A DNA stretch of 64,000 nt from Candidatus Sulfomarinibacteraceae bacterium (GTDB lineage: Bacteria > Acidobacteriota > Thermoanaerobaculia > Thermoanaerobaculales > Sulfomarinibacteraceae): contig CAWCLO010000002.1 of assembly GCA_963796455.1 (NCBI GenBank), positions 128,001 through 192,000 on the forward strand. The letters are read 5' to 3'. Shown here one piece after another: positions 19,693 through 32,606 of this stretch. The first letter of the stretch is position 1; each line of letters begins with the position of its first letter. The notes below the pieces were generated by a model. That model ran no database searches. It worked only from the letters and a program-made list of their open reading frames with translations, and was not told where the DNA came from. A program made the position numbers and the translations under genes.

Positions 19693-20508
19693 TTGAAAAA
19701 ACTCAGTCTGTTCTTCGTCGTGTTGGTGGTCGTGACTCCCGCGGCCGCCCTGGACTTTCCCGAGATCGAGGGGTGGACCCCCGACAGCGAGGTGAGCTCC
19801 TATGATTCGGACTCTCTGTGGGAGTACATCAACGGGGCGGCCGAGACCTTCATGCAGTATGGTTTTCAGGGTCTCGAAACCGCAGAGCTTTCCCGCGATG
19901 GAGTCACCGTGGCCGTGAGCATCTACGACATGGGCACCCCGATCAACGCGTACGGAATCTACCGCACCGAGCTCCCCGATGACACCAAGCCGCTGTCGAT
20001 CGGCGCCCAGGCGGTCGTGTCGCCTCCTTACCAGGCCCTGATGGCCAAGGACCGGTTCTATGTCAAGGTGGATGTCTACGACGGCGAGATGGACGACGTG
20101 ACGGGCAAGGTGGTTCTCGAGACGGTGGCCCGATCGCTTCCTGGATCGAACGGCATGCCTGCGGAGTTTTCCAAACTACCGACCGCTGGGAGAGCGGACG
20201 GGTCGGAACAGTTTGTCCGCGAGGGCTTCCTCGGGCTTGCCGAGCTCTCGCGCTGCGTATCGGCAGAGTACGAAGACGGCCGCAAGCTCTTTGTCGTGTT
20301 GCCTGCCCCTGGTTCCAGCGCGGATGCGACGTGGAACACCTTGGCTTCCAAATGGATGCCCGTGGCCTTCGACGGCGCTCCCGTGCTCGCCAAAAAGGTG
20401 CCCTACACCGGTTTCGTGGGTGTGATCCGGAAGGGCGACGGCATCATCGGGGTGGTGGGGGCGGAAAACGAAACCGAGCTTGTCGAGATCTTGTCTTTGA
20501 TCAAATAG
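19693..20508 (+). CDS. Exported protein, DUF6599-like
   Basis: Signal peptide; 'LWEYINGAAETF..YGF' and 'IYDMG..NAYGIY' motifs; TTG start after AGGAG, directly behind the AKR gene. Confidence 0.75.
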   Translation: MKKLSLFFVVLVVVTPAAALDFPEIEGWTPDSEVSSYDSDSLWEYINGAAETFMQYGFQGLETAELSRDGVTVAVSIYDMGTPINAYGIYRTELPDDTKPLSIGAQAVVSPPYQALMAKDRFYVKVDVYDGEMDDVTGKVVLETVARSLPGSNGMPAEFSKLPTAGRADGSEQFVREGFLGLAELSRCVSAEYEDGRKLFVVLPAPGSSADATWNTLASKWMPVAFDGAPVLAKKVPYTGFVGVIRKGDGIIGVVGAENETELVEILSLIK

Positions 20509-20541
20509 AATCGAAGCGCTTTATCGACAAAGGGGTCCGTC

Positions 20542-23731
<3,190 letters not shown>

Positions 23732-23754
23732 TCAGCCGGGAGGGAAGGGCCGGT

Positions 23755-25209
23755 TCACCGTCGCCAGAAGGTGGGGTAGAAAATCACCAGGGCCGAAAAC
23801 ATCTCGAGTCGACCGACCAGCATGTTCCAGGCGAGAAACCACTTTCCGGCGTCCGAGATGAAGGCGTAGTTCTCGGATGGGCCCACGTCGCCAAAGCCTG
23901 GGCCGATGTTCATCAGCGCGGCGATCACCGAACTCATGGCGGTGATGGCGTCCATGTCGGCGATCAGGACCATGACGATGCCGCCGCCGAGCACCATGAA
24001 GATGTTGACGATGAAGTAACAGACGGCCAGGCCGATGATCATCTGATCAACCGGCAGACCGTTGACCCGGACCGAAATCACCGCCAGCGGTTGGAAGAAG
24101 AGCTTCTTGATCGCGCCGACCATGTACTTCCAGATCAAGACGTAGTGAATGACCTTGATGCCGCTGGTCGTGGAGCCGGCGCAGGCGCCGACGAAGCAAA
24201 CGGCCAGCAGGAACATCTGGGCGGCCTGGGGCCAGAGTTCGTAGTCTGTGGTGGTGAAACCGGTGGTGGTCAGCAACGAGGTGACCTGGAACGCGCCGTA
24301 GCGCAGAGAATCTGCGAAACCGTAGGTGCCTTCCCGCCACAGGATCCAGGATGTCGCGCCGCAGAAGAATAGGGTGAAACCGATGTACCAGCGCAGCTCG
24401 GTGTTGATCTTGAGCGCTTTCCAATTGCCGCGGGCGGCGAAGTAAAAGAGCATGAAGGTGACGCCGCCGAGGAACATGAAAAGAGTGATGATCCAATCGA
24501 AGTAGGCGCTGTTGTAGTGGCCGATGCTCGCGTTGTAGGGCGAGTAGCCGGATGTGGAGACCGTGCCGAAGGCGTGGCAGAGGGAGTCGAAGAGCGACAT
24601 GCCGCCGAGGCACATCAGAAGGGTCTGCACCGCGTTGAGTGCCAGATAGATCACCCACAGGTAGACGATGGCGTCGCGGTTGCGGGGGGTGAACCTCTCC
24701 TTGGTGAGGACCTGTCCCGGGCTCGACTCGGCGCGGAAAATCCGGAGGCCGCCGACGCCGTGGGGGAGGAAGATGATGGTGAGGGTCAGGAAGCCCATGC
24801 CCCCGAGCAGGTGGGTCTGGCTGCGCCAGAACAGGAGCCCGTGCGGTAGGACCTCGATGTCCGTCAGGATGGTGGCGCCGGTCGTGGTGTAGCCGGACAT
24901 CATTTCGAAGAACGCGTCGGTGAACGACGGGATGCTGCCGTGGATCATGAACGGCAACGCCGACACCGCGGAGATGACGATCCACCCGAAGGCGGCGATG
25001 ACGATCGCGTCGCGGGTGTCGAGCTCGCGGGCATCTCTGAATTTGAGCCGCAATGGCAACCCGACGGCCGCAGCAACCGCTGCGGAGATCAGCAGGGCGT
25101 GCAGGTCTCTCTCACCGTAGATGATGGAGCACAGTGCGGGAATAACCAGGGCCCCCGCCGTCACCAACAACAGGGTGCCCATAACGAAGGCGATGGAGCG
25201 GAAGTTCAT
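23755..25209 (-). CDS. trkH: Trk potassium uptake membrane protein
   Basis: 'FFEMMSGYTTTGAT', 'LTTTGF', 'GACAGSTTSGIK', 'NIGPG', 'MLVGRLE'. Confidence 0.95.
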   Translation of the reverse strand: MNFRSIAFVMGTLLLVTAGALVIPALCSIIYGERDLHALLISAAVAAAVGLPLRLKFRDARELDTRDAIVIAAFGWIVISAVSALPFMIHGSIPSFTDAFFEMMSGYTTTGATILTDIEVLPHGLLFWRSQTHLLGGMGFLTLTIIFLPHGVGGLRIFRAESSPGQVLTKERFTPRNRDAIVYLWVIYLALNAVQTLLMCLGGMSLFDSLCHAFGTVSTSGYSPYNASIGHYNSAYFDWIITLFMFLGGVTFMLFYFAARGNWKALKINTELRWYIGFTLFFCGATSWILWREGTYGFADSLRYGAFQVTSLLTTTGFTTTDYELWPQAAQMFLLAVCFVGACAGSTTSGIKVIHYVLIWKYMVGAIKKLFFQPLAVISVRVNGLPVDQMIIGLAVCYFIVNIFMVLGGGIVMVLIADMDAITAMSSVIAALMNIGPGFGDVGPSENYAFISDAGKWFLAWNMLVGRLEMFSALVIFYPTFWRR

Positions 25210-25216
25210 TGACGGA

Positions 25217-26607
25217 TCACCCGAGCACGAGGTTCTGAAGATCGCGCAGGTGATCGGATGTGCAGACCGCGAGCACCAGGTCGCCGGGCAGGAGGTGGGT
25301 CGAGCCGACCGCCGTCTGCCACGACTCTCCGCGCGCGTAACCGCCGATAATAATCCGGCCCTTGAGGCCGCTCGGTCTGGTAGAGCGGCTTGCGGGTGAT
25401 CGGAGCGTCGTCACCGACCACCAACTCGACCACCTCGGCTTCGAATCCGTGCAGATGGGCGACCGAGAGCAGCTGTCCCCGGCGGATGTATTTGAGGATC
25501 TCATTGGCGGCCAGGACCTTTTTGCTGAGCACGATGTCGGAGCCCATGGTCGTGGCCAGGACGAGGTACTCCTCACGCCCGACCAGAGCGATCGTCTTGG
25601 TCTTTTTCAGCCCTTCGGATCCGGCGTGGTCTTCGATCACGCTTCGGGCGAGCACGCAGGACATGATGTTGGTTTCGTTTTCGCTGGTGGCGGCGACGAC
25701 GGTGTCCATATCGAGCAGACCGGCCTGGAGCAGGACATCACGCTTCGACCCGTCGCCGTGCAGGAACTCGGTGTTCGGCAGCGTGTGCGAGAGCTCTTCG
25801 GCGCGCTGCTCGTCGCGTTCGAGCAGGCGAACCGGGAAGACGTTTTCGAGCAACTGGGCGACCCGGCTGCCGACCAGCCCGCCGCCGATGATCAGAACCC
25901 GGTGCTTCGTCGTCCTCCGGGAGATCCGCCATCTCGATCAGTTTCGGCACGTGCTCGGTTCGGGCGAGAATGTAGGCGTTGTCGCCAGGCCGCAGTTCTT
26001 CATCACCGCCGGGAATGATCGTTTTGATGCCGCGCGCGATGGAGACCACCCGGAAGTAGGAGTGGTCATATTTCTTCGCCAGATCCTTGAGGTTGGCCCC
26101 GGCAAACGGCGAGCCCTCGTCGATCCGCATCCCGACCACCTGCATCTGCCCTTCGGCGATATCGATGACCACGTTGCCGGCGCGGATCTTGAGGAGCCGG
26201 GCGATCTCCTGCGCGGTCAGCTCCTCGGGGCGGATCACGAGATCGATCTCGAGGTCGTCGGCGGTGAGGATGGCGTCCTCGTTCCAGAGTTCGAGAGAAC
26301 GAACGCGGGCGATCTTGCGGGGGATGCCGCAGCGCTCGGCAATCAGCGCGCCCATGATGTTGACCGAATCGTTGTCGGTGACCGCGATCAGATAGTCCAT
26401 CTCCTTCGCATGTGCTTGTGCCCAGGTGGTAAAGCTCATGGCGTCGCCGCGGATCAGCCGCGCGTCGACCACGCCGTCGGCACGGTGGATCAACTCGGGG
26501 CTCTGCTCGATCGCGGTGATGGCATGGCCTTCGTGGCTGAGTCTTTTGGCCAGATAGAACCCGACGCCGCCGAGACCGAGGATCAAAATGTTTTCGTGAT
26601 TTTTCAT
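25217..26607 (-). pseudogene. trkA: Trk potassium uptake NAD-binding protein with two +1 frameshifts (pseudogene or sequencing error)
   Basis: GLGGVG RCK domain in the first frame; second 'VLIIGGGLVG' domain continues after a shift near 25915-25925; last segment 'GLKGRIIIGG..GDLVLAV' after a shift near 25375. Span 1391 nt = 463 codons + 2 nt. Confidence 0.9.
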
Positions 26608-26717
26608 GCTGTTGCTGAATGTACTTCAGATTCTCCGCGAGAGCGACCCGAGTTTTTGATCGCGAGAGTGGTCGAGGGCTCGGTCAGGGCGTGGAAAAAC
26701 ATCTCGACCGGTTCACC

Positions 26718-26771
26718 TTGACATTGGCGCTCGGACTTCGCACGATAGATATACGAGCGACAACTCATTTT
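26718..26771 (+). promoter_or_regulatory. Candidate sigma70 promoter and operator of the TetR gene
   Basis: TTGACA-N17-CACGAT (26718-26746) followed by CGAG-N6-CTCA; the same motif recurs near 26880-26893. Confidence 0.45.
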
Positions 26772-26801
26772 ATTTATCTACTTCGGGAAACGAGGTCGAC
26801 C

Positions 26802-27560
26802 ATGCCGAAGGTTGGAACGCAAAATACTCAATCTAAAATAACTTCGAAAATGAGTGACATGGTCGATGGGCCGCTAAAACGAGTAAAACCTCATATTTCA
26901 GACTGCGCGACCCGCCGGTCTCCGCGGCAGAAACGCGCGAGGTTGACCCATCGAGCGATCCTCGAGGCCGCCGCAACCGTCATCGACGAAATCGGCTGGG
27001 ACAAGGCCTCCACAAACCGGATCGCGGAGCGGGCGGGCGTTTCCATCGGTTCGCTCTATCAGTATTTCGGCAACAAGGAAGCCATCCTCGCGGCCCTGCG
27101 GGAGGAGCATCGCAAGGAAGTTCACGTGGTGGTCGGTTTGGCGCTCGATCGTCTTGATGATCCTGCGGTGCCGGTGGAAGAGGCGCTGCGTGGGTTGTTC
27201 GAGGAAATGATCGGTCTCCACAACGACAACCCGGTCCTGACCCGGGTTCTGGCCGACGAGGTGCCGCAGAGCATTGGCGGCCAGGATGTTGGTGAAGAAA
27301 GCGACCACCTCGTACGATGGTTGAAACGGGTTCTCGAACATCGTCCCGATGTGAGGGTGCAAAACGTGGAGGCTGCGGCTTACATCATGGCCACCTCGAT
27401 CGAGGCCCTGACCCGGCGGCTCGCGCACGAGACACCGAAAGGAACGAAGACCGATCTCATGATCGACGAGATGGTCGCCATGTTTTCGTCGTATCTCACC
27501 GGCCGACGATCGGTTTGGCGCAAGGTCTTCGGATCGATCGAGTTGGACGCCGACTCCTGA
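26802..27560 (+). CDS. TetR/AcrR family transcriptional regulator
   Basis: 'PRQKRA..ILEAAA..STNRIAERAGVSIGSLYQYFGNKEAI' HTH; start uncertain (26802 or later). Confidence 0.92.
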   Translation: MPKVGTQNTQSKITSKMSDMVDGPLKRVKPHISDCATRRSPRQKRARLTHRAILEAAATVIDEIGWDKASTNRIAERAGVSIGSLYQYFGNKEAILAALREEHRKEVHVVVGLALDRLDDPAVPVEEALRGLFEEMIGLHNDNPVLTRVLADEVPQSIGGQDVGEESDHLVRWLKRVLEHRPDVRVQNVEAAAYIMATSIEALTRRLAHETPKGTKTDLMIDEMVAMFSSYLTGRRSVWRKVFGSIELDADS

Positions 27561-27584
27561 ACCCATCCGAAGGCCTTCTTCGCC

Positions 27585-29033
27585 TCATTGGCGGTCGATG
27601 GTATTCAGCGGGAACAATTCGGAGGGTGAGTGCTCGCGCTCCATGATGGAGGCGATCTCTGCGATCACATCGGGGTGCTGTTCGGCCACATCCGTGGACT
27701 CGGACATATCGTCTTCGAGGTTATAGAGCTCGATCGAGGTATCACCATCTGCGAGTCGTGGCCGAATGCCCTTCCATTTGCCGACCCATACCGCCTGATG
27801 GCCGCCGTATCCGGCAAACTCCCGATAGAGAAAGGCGCGATCCATCTCGACTCCGTCGAGCAATGCGGGACTCAAGTCGAGCCCATCACCGCTTTCCTCC
27901 GAGCTACCGGCCAGCGACAGGAGCGTCGGCATCCAGTCTTCGAAACCCGACAGGGTGGAATTCACCGAATTCGTTTTGACCCGGCCCGGATAGCGCACCA
28001 GAGCGGGCACCCGAAGACCACCCTCATAACTCGAGCCCTTGAGACCGCGGAGCGTTCCGACCGAGTCGAAGAACTCGGCCATCGGTCCGAGGTAGGTGGT
28101 GCCGTTGTCCGAGGTGAAGACCACGATCGTGTTGTCGGCCAGCTCGAGCTCGTCGAGGAGATCCAGGATGCGACCGACATTGCGGTCCATGCGAGTGATC
28201 ATGGCTGCGTAGGCGGCACGGGGTGTGAAATGCGGCGTATAGCGAGCGTCCGCCGGTGGGTCCTCCCAACCAAGGGCAGTGTACTCGGCCAAGGAATCAT
28301 CCGGCACGTGGAGTGCGAGGTGAGGAATGATGGTGGGGTAGTAGAGAAAGAAGGACCGGTCCCTGTTGTCATTGATAAAGGCGAGCGCCTGTTCAGCGAT
28401 CCGATCGGAGGCATAGTCCGTGCCCTGGAACGGCGCATAACTCGATGGATCCGCCGGATCGGCATTCTCGGCAAGTTTTGCGTGTCCAGGCACCGGAGGT
28501 TCGTTGTTGAGAGCGATCCGCTCGTTGTCGTCCCAGAGATAGCCGGGGTAATAACTGTGAGCATGGCGTTGGCAGTTGTAGCCGAAGAACCGGTCGAAAC
28601 CCTGTTCGAGTGGATCGCCTTCGGAGCCGGGGAAGCCCAGACCCCATTTGCCGAAGATCCCACTCGTATAGCCTCGCTCGCGCAGCCTCTCGGCCAGCGT
28701 CACCTCGGTCGCGGGGATCGGCGCCTGGCCTTCCGGTTGGATTTCTTTGTTGTCGCGGACCCAGGCGTGACCCGGGTGTTTTCCGGTCATGAGGACCGCC
28801 CGCGAAGGCGCGCAAACCGGCGAGCCGCTGTAGTGGCGTGTGAACCGCATGCCCTCCGCCGCGAGCCGATCGATGTGAGGTGTGCGAATCTTTTCCTGGC
28901 CGTACGATCCCAGCTCTCGGTAGCCGAGGTCGTCGGCGACAATGAAGATGATATTGGGTGGTGGATCGGCTTTGCGGCACGAACCGAGCGGGAGCACAAA
29001 AAGACACAACAGGATGCGCAGGATGGTTCGCAG
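27585..29033 (-). CDS. Arylsulfatase (formylglycine-dependent), probable lipoprotein
   Basis: 'PNIIFIVADDLG', 'CAPSRAVLMTG', 'GKWGLG', 'FTSDNG'; extending to CTG at 29033 completes MRTILRILLCLFVLPLGSC. Confidence 0.92.
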   Translation of the reverse strand: MRTILRILLCLFVLPLGSCRKADPPPNIIFIVADDLGYRELGSYGQEKIRTPHIDRLAAEGMRFTRHYSGSPVCAPSRAVLMTGKHPGHAWVRDNKEIQPEGQAPIPATEVTLAERLRERGYTSGIFGKWGLGFPGSEGDPLEQGFDRFFGYNCQRHAHSYYPGYLWDDNERIALNNEPPVPGHAKLAENADPADPSSYAPFQGTDYASDRIAEQALAFINDNRDRSFFLYYPTIIPHLALHVPDDSLAEYTALGWEDPPADARYTPHFTPRAAYAAMITRMDRNVGRILDLLDELELADNTIVVFTSDNGTTYLGPMAEFFDSVGTLRGLKGSSYEGGLRVPALVRYPGRVKTNSVNSTLSGFEDWMPTLLSLAGSSEESGDGLDLSPALLDGVEMDRAFLYREFAGYGGHQAVWVGKWKGIRPRLADGDTSIELYNLEDDMSESTDVAEQHPDVIAEIASIMEREHSPSELFPLNTIDRQ

Positions 29034-29153
29034 GATCGGCCTCCAATTCCTCAGCCGACCTGCATCTCACTACAGCGAAGCCGCAGTCGTCAACCCGTGA
29101 TAATCTCGCTGGCAGGCGAGAAGCATCGATGGCTCGAATCGGGAGTCGACGGC

Positions 29154-29378
29154 ATGATTCAGCAAACCTGTCAGCACTGCCAACACTTTGTCGACGACCC
29201 CGCCGCCATCGAGGTTGAATTCCCCGCTTCCACCATCCTGGGAACACTCTACGCATCGGTCCGCGGATCGGCGGGCATCTGTCTCGATCGCGACCGTTTT
29301 ATGGACCCGGTCTCGGCCGCCGACTGTCCGGCCTTCGTCGCGCGGGGAAAGCCCTCCGGAGTGGCCCCTTCCGAATAG
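29154..29378 (+). CDS. Small Cys-rich hypothetical protein (74 aa)
   Basis: ATG after GGGAG; fills the gap between two minus-strand genes; CxxCxHF..GIC..DCPAF with four Cys. Confidence 0.6.
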   Translation: MIQQTCQHCQHFVDDPAAIEVEFPASTILGTLYASVRGSAGICLDRDRFMDPVSAADCPAFVARGKPSGVAPSE

Positions 29379-29411
29379 ACGCCGCCCAGGGAAGGGAACC
29401 CTGTGGCGGAT

Positions 29412-30734
29412 CTAGAACTTTTCGTACTCTCCAACCATCCCGAAATCCGTCGCGGCGCTTTCACACCAGTGCCCGAAACAATCGAGGTGGTGCCCGGGGA
29501 CCAGCACGAGGTGGTTGCCCAGGGGAGCGCGCAGCAGATCGGCGGCCTTGCCGCCCCGCGTGAGTTGGATCTCAGCCTGGGTGCGGCAGAGGTTTTCGGC
29601 ATTGCCGGATCGCAGGATTTCGCCCTCGGCCAACCACACCCTGTCCATCTCCTTGCCGCCTATTCGCAGCAGGGTGACCTGGCCCGGCGGGAGTGTGCCT
29701 TGAATCCCCACGCCGAGCCCCGACTCGAAGTGCGACCGAAGACCATAGCTCGAGACCAGCGAGCGCGGCACGGTGCAGTGGGCCAACCAGAGCGTGTTGC
29801 GCTCCGGATCGAGCTGTGCGGGATTCGCCATCCACGGTGTTTCATCGACCAGCAAACGCGCCCAAAGCAAACCGATGGTGGAGACCAGATCGCCCTCACA
29901 CCCTGCGATGACACCCTCGTCGGTGAGTTGAGCCAGACCGAAACACCCGGTCGTCTTCTGGTTCTGGACGAAATCGAAACAACGAACCGTCAGCGCATCG
30001 AGATCGTGATCGACGACGATCTGTTGAAGTGCGAGGTAGACCCTGGCCACATCCCGGATGTCGGAAGTTGATGGTTCGAAAACCCCGCTGGCTCCCGCGA
30101 TGAGTTCGTCGGCGTGCTCTTCGAGCTCTTCGTCGCAAATGGCCGCCATGGTTTTCACCACCCCGTCCATCTCCACCGGGACCACCGTGGGGCCCCAGGT
30201 CCTGCGGACTGTCGACGCATCGGGCATGCTGGCCACGAGCCAATCCGACGGCTCGCCCACCAGCCCGATACGGGCGCGCCGAAGGGCCCGCCGGACTCTC
30301 TCTTCGTGTGCGGCCTCGGTGATCATTTGAAGACCGGAACCGTCCTCGGGCCCCTCGAGATAGAAAATCCGCCCCGGGGTTCCGTCCTGTTGCAGCCGGG
30401 CCAGGACCTCCAGGGCCGCAGGCAGCGAGTTGTTGCCGGGGTGGGCGATCAGGAAAAGCGATTCGTCCGGCGTTGCACCGTGATGTTCCGCCCACCAGCG
30501 GAGAACGACCTGTTCGCTGCCGCCCGTTGCTACCAGCAGGAATGGCGGGATGCCGTTATCAGGCAGCGAGTTCGAATCACAACTGTAGCCGCCCAGCTCT
30601 TCGAGAGAGCGAAGATATGGGCCGATGATCTTCTCGAGTTCGTCCGTATCGAGGAGAGTGCCCGGATGTACGGAGACGATGCCGAATTTCTGGTCCATTG
30701 AAGCCATCCTGCGATCCGTTCCATCTTCTGTCAA
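29412..30734 (-). CDS. L-fucose/L-arabinose isomerase-like protein
   Basis: 'NNSLPAALE', 'PSDWLVAS', 'TVRCF', 'AGCEGD', 'LAHCTVP', 'SHFESG', 'LGNH'; true start may be 30707 or 30698. Confidence 0.8.
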   Translation of the reverse strand: MTEDGTDRRMASMDQKFGIVSVHPGTLLDTDELEKIIGPYLRSLEELGGYSCDSNSLPDNGIPPFLLVATGGSEQVVLRWWAEHHGATPDESLFLIAHPGNNSLPAALEVLARLQQDGTPGRIFYLEGPEDGSGLQMITEAAHEERVRRALRRARIGLVGEPSDWLVASMPDASTVRRTWGPTVVPVEMDGVVKTMAAICDEELEEHADELIAGASGVFEPSTSDIRDVARVYLALQQIVVDHDLDALTVRCFDFVQNQKTTGCFGLAQLTDEGVIAGCEGDLVSTIGLLWARLLVDETPWMANPAQLDPERNTLWLAHCTVPRSLVSSYGLRSHFESGLGVGIQGTLPPGQVTLLRIGGKEMDRVWLAEGEILRSGNAENLCRTQAEIQLTRGGKAADLLRAPLGNHLVLVPGHHLDCFGHWCESAATDFGMVGEYEKF

Positions 30735-31471
30735 CTACTCGCGTCGGTGCCGTCGATCTTTGACGCTGCGCGCCGGTCACTCGTCGCCAGGAATGAACTC
30801 AGTGCCCTGATGGCCTCGGGTCTGATGACGATTCCGGGGCGTTTCGAACGGAGATGTGTCAAAACTTCGTTGAGGGAATCGCATAGTCCGCTGGCCGCGA
30901 GGTAGGCGCCGACCGCCGTCGCGGTCCGCGAGTAGCCGACCTTGCAGTGCACATAGACGGTTCCACCCGACGCGACCCGGTCGCCGATAAACGCGACGGC
31001 TTCCTGAAGCTGGACTGGTGTCGGTGCGGTCAGGTCGAGAAGCGGCACATTGTGATACTCGAGGGCGAGCAGCCTGGCGGTCTCGCTGAACTCCGCCGTG
31101 AGATCCAGAACGGCGGTTGCACCGGTCTGGATCAGCGCGGCGCACTCCGGTTCGGTCAGGACCCTGCCCATCAGTAATCCGGGGGCGGCCTCGTCCCAGG
31201 GGCTTGAATTCCGCCGGTAGTAACATAGCGACAAGTGTTGGCCCAGGAGCGTCGGCGCCATCATGAAAAGGACGTGCTTTGGAAGGGCCCCCTTCCGTTT
31301 GCCGTAGATGACCGGGCCCACACCAAGGTAGGCGACCACCAGGGCGAGCATGGAAAGGGCCGGCCAGATCAAGGGACTGGTCCAGGGCCAACCGCCCACG
31401 GTCAACAGGGTGGTGAACAGCACGCCCGCAGCGTAGTAAGCGGCGACACGGGGGTTTGCGACGGTTTTCAG
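30731..31471 (-). CDS. Membrane-anchored dual-specificity phosphatase (C-terminal part of YnbD-like protein)
   Basis: 'VYVHCKVGYSRT' (HCx5R) and 'AVLDLTAEF' preceded by hydrophobic segments; start uncertain (possible CTG at 31471 after GAGAGGA). Confidence 0.8.
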   Translation of the reverse strand: MKTVANPRVAAYYAAGVLFTTLLTVGGWPWTSPLIWPALSMLALVVAYLGVGPVIYGKRKGALPKHVLFMMAPTLLGQHLSLCYYRRNSSPWDEAAPGLLMGRVLTEPECAALIQTGATAVLDLTAEFSETARLLALEYHNVPLLDLTAPTPVQLQEAVAFIGDRVASGGTVYVHCKVGYSRTATAVGAYLAASGLCDSLNEVLTHLRSKRPGIVIRPEAIRALSSFLATSDRRAASKIDGTDASS

Positions 31472-31514
31472 TTGAGTTGATCCTCTCGTCCCGGGAGCGG
31501 CCGTTGGAGCCCTT

Positions 31515-32606
31515 TCAAATGGCATAACCCAAACGGTCGAACACTTCCCTCCATCGGTGGGCGACGAGCTCTTTTTCGTTTGCCGCCAACGGCAAGCGGT
31601 TCTTTTTGTAGTCGCGCTGGCTCTCGAGGTACTCTTCGAAATAGGGCCTGGCCGCTCCAAAATCCGCCATGCCGAGATCACGGTAGATCCCCGCCAGCGT
31701 CCCGATCGGGTCCTCCTGGAGCGAACGGAAACCCACATCGACCAACTCATCCTCGCCCAGGTCACCGCGCTGGTCGAAGAACGCGTTCATCAGTAGGGGA
31801 TAGGATTCGAGGATGTGCCGTGCGACACGGTCCCGCTCGGTGCTCTGCAGTCCCCAGGCCTCCTGGGCCTTGAGGTAGAGGTGTACAGAGGAGGCAAATA
31901 CCTTGTAAGGGTCGCGATGAATATGGATGAAACGACAACCCGGAAACATCTGTTTGAGGAGGGTGATTCTGGCGGTGTTGGCAGGGTTTTTCAACAGCAA
32001 CGGCCTGCCCGGTTGCTCGAGCTGGACCTTTCGCAGAAAGTGAAGGTACTGCCGTTTCCACGTTTCGATGAGCCCGACATCGCCATCGTCGAACAACACC
32101 GCGTCGTTGAAGATCCGGCCCATGCGGCGGGGGAAAAACGATACGTGATAGAACGAGAGCCGGCCGACGGAGGTCAGCGCGAGCTCCTCTTCCCATGGCA
32201 CATCAGCAGCGACGGGCACGTTGTCCATCAGGCGGGTCGGCGGCAACATGCCCCCGATGCGGCCCTTGATCGAGTTGGGGAGGATCAGAAACTCGTGTGG
32301 CATGGCAGCTTGAAGTAGGGTCACCCGTGCGAACCGTGGATCCCGGCTCATCAGGTTCTGGAGATGGGTCGTGCCGCTCCGCCAATGACCGATGATGAAG
32401 ATCGGCGGAGGCTCGATGGGCTGGTTTCGAATGCGTCCGGCAAACCTCGCGGCTGCCGTCCACCGGACCGGGAGCCGCATTACGGTCATCAGCAACAGAT
32501 ACAGGGCCCGCGGAACATATTTGGCGTCGCACCCGTAACTCGAGATCAACGCCAGCAGATTGGCGGTGCTGCTCGAGACGAGGGGATGCACCAGGTCCTG
32601 GTTCAT
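31515..32606 (-). CDS. PAPS-dependent sulfotransferase
   Basis: 'PIFIIGHWRSGTTHLQNL' 5'-PSB loop, 'LLKNPANT', 'FIHIHRDPY'; ATGA overlap with the upstream gene. Confidence 0.9.
   Translation of the reverse strand: MNQDLVHPLVSSSTANLLALISSYGCDAKYVPRALYLLLMTVMRLPVRWTAAARFAGRIRNQPIEPPPIFIIGHWRSGTTHLQNLMSRDPRFARVTLLQAAMPHEFLILPNSIKGRIGGMLPPTRLMDNVPVAADVPWEEELALTSVGRLSFYHVSFFPRRMGRIFNDAVLFDDGDVGLIETWKRQYLHFLRKVQLEQPGRPLLLKNPANTARITLLKQMFPGCRFIHIHRDPYKVFASSVHLYLKAQEAWGLQSTERDRVARHILESYPLLMNAFFDQRGDLGEDELVDVGFRSLQEDPIGTLAGIYRDLGMADFGAARPYFEEYLESQRDYKKNRLPLAANEKELVAHRWREVFDRLGYAI

Noticed and set aside
31472..31765. N-terminal extension of the phosphatase ORF
   Set aside because: Mostly overlaps the sulfotransferase 3' end in another frame and has no recognisable motif.
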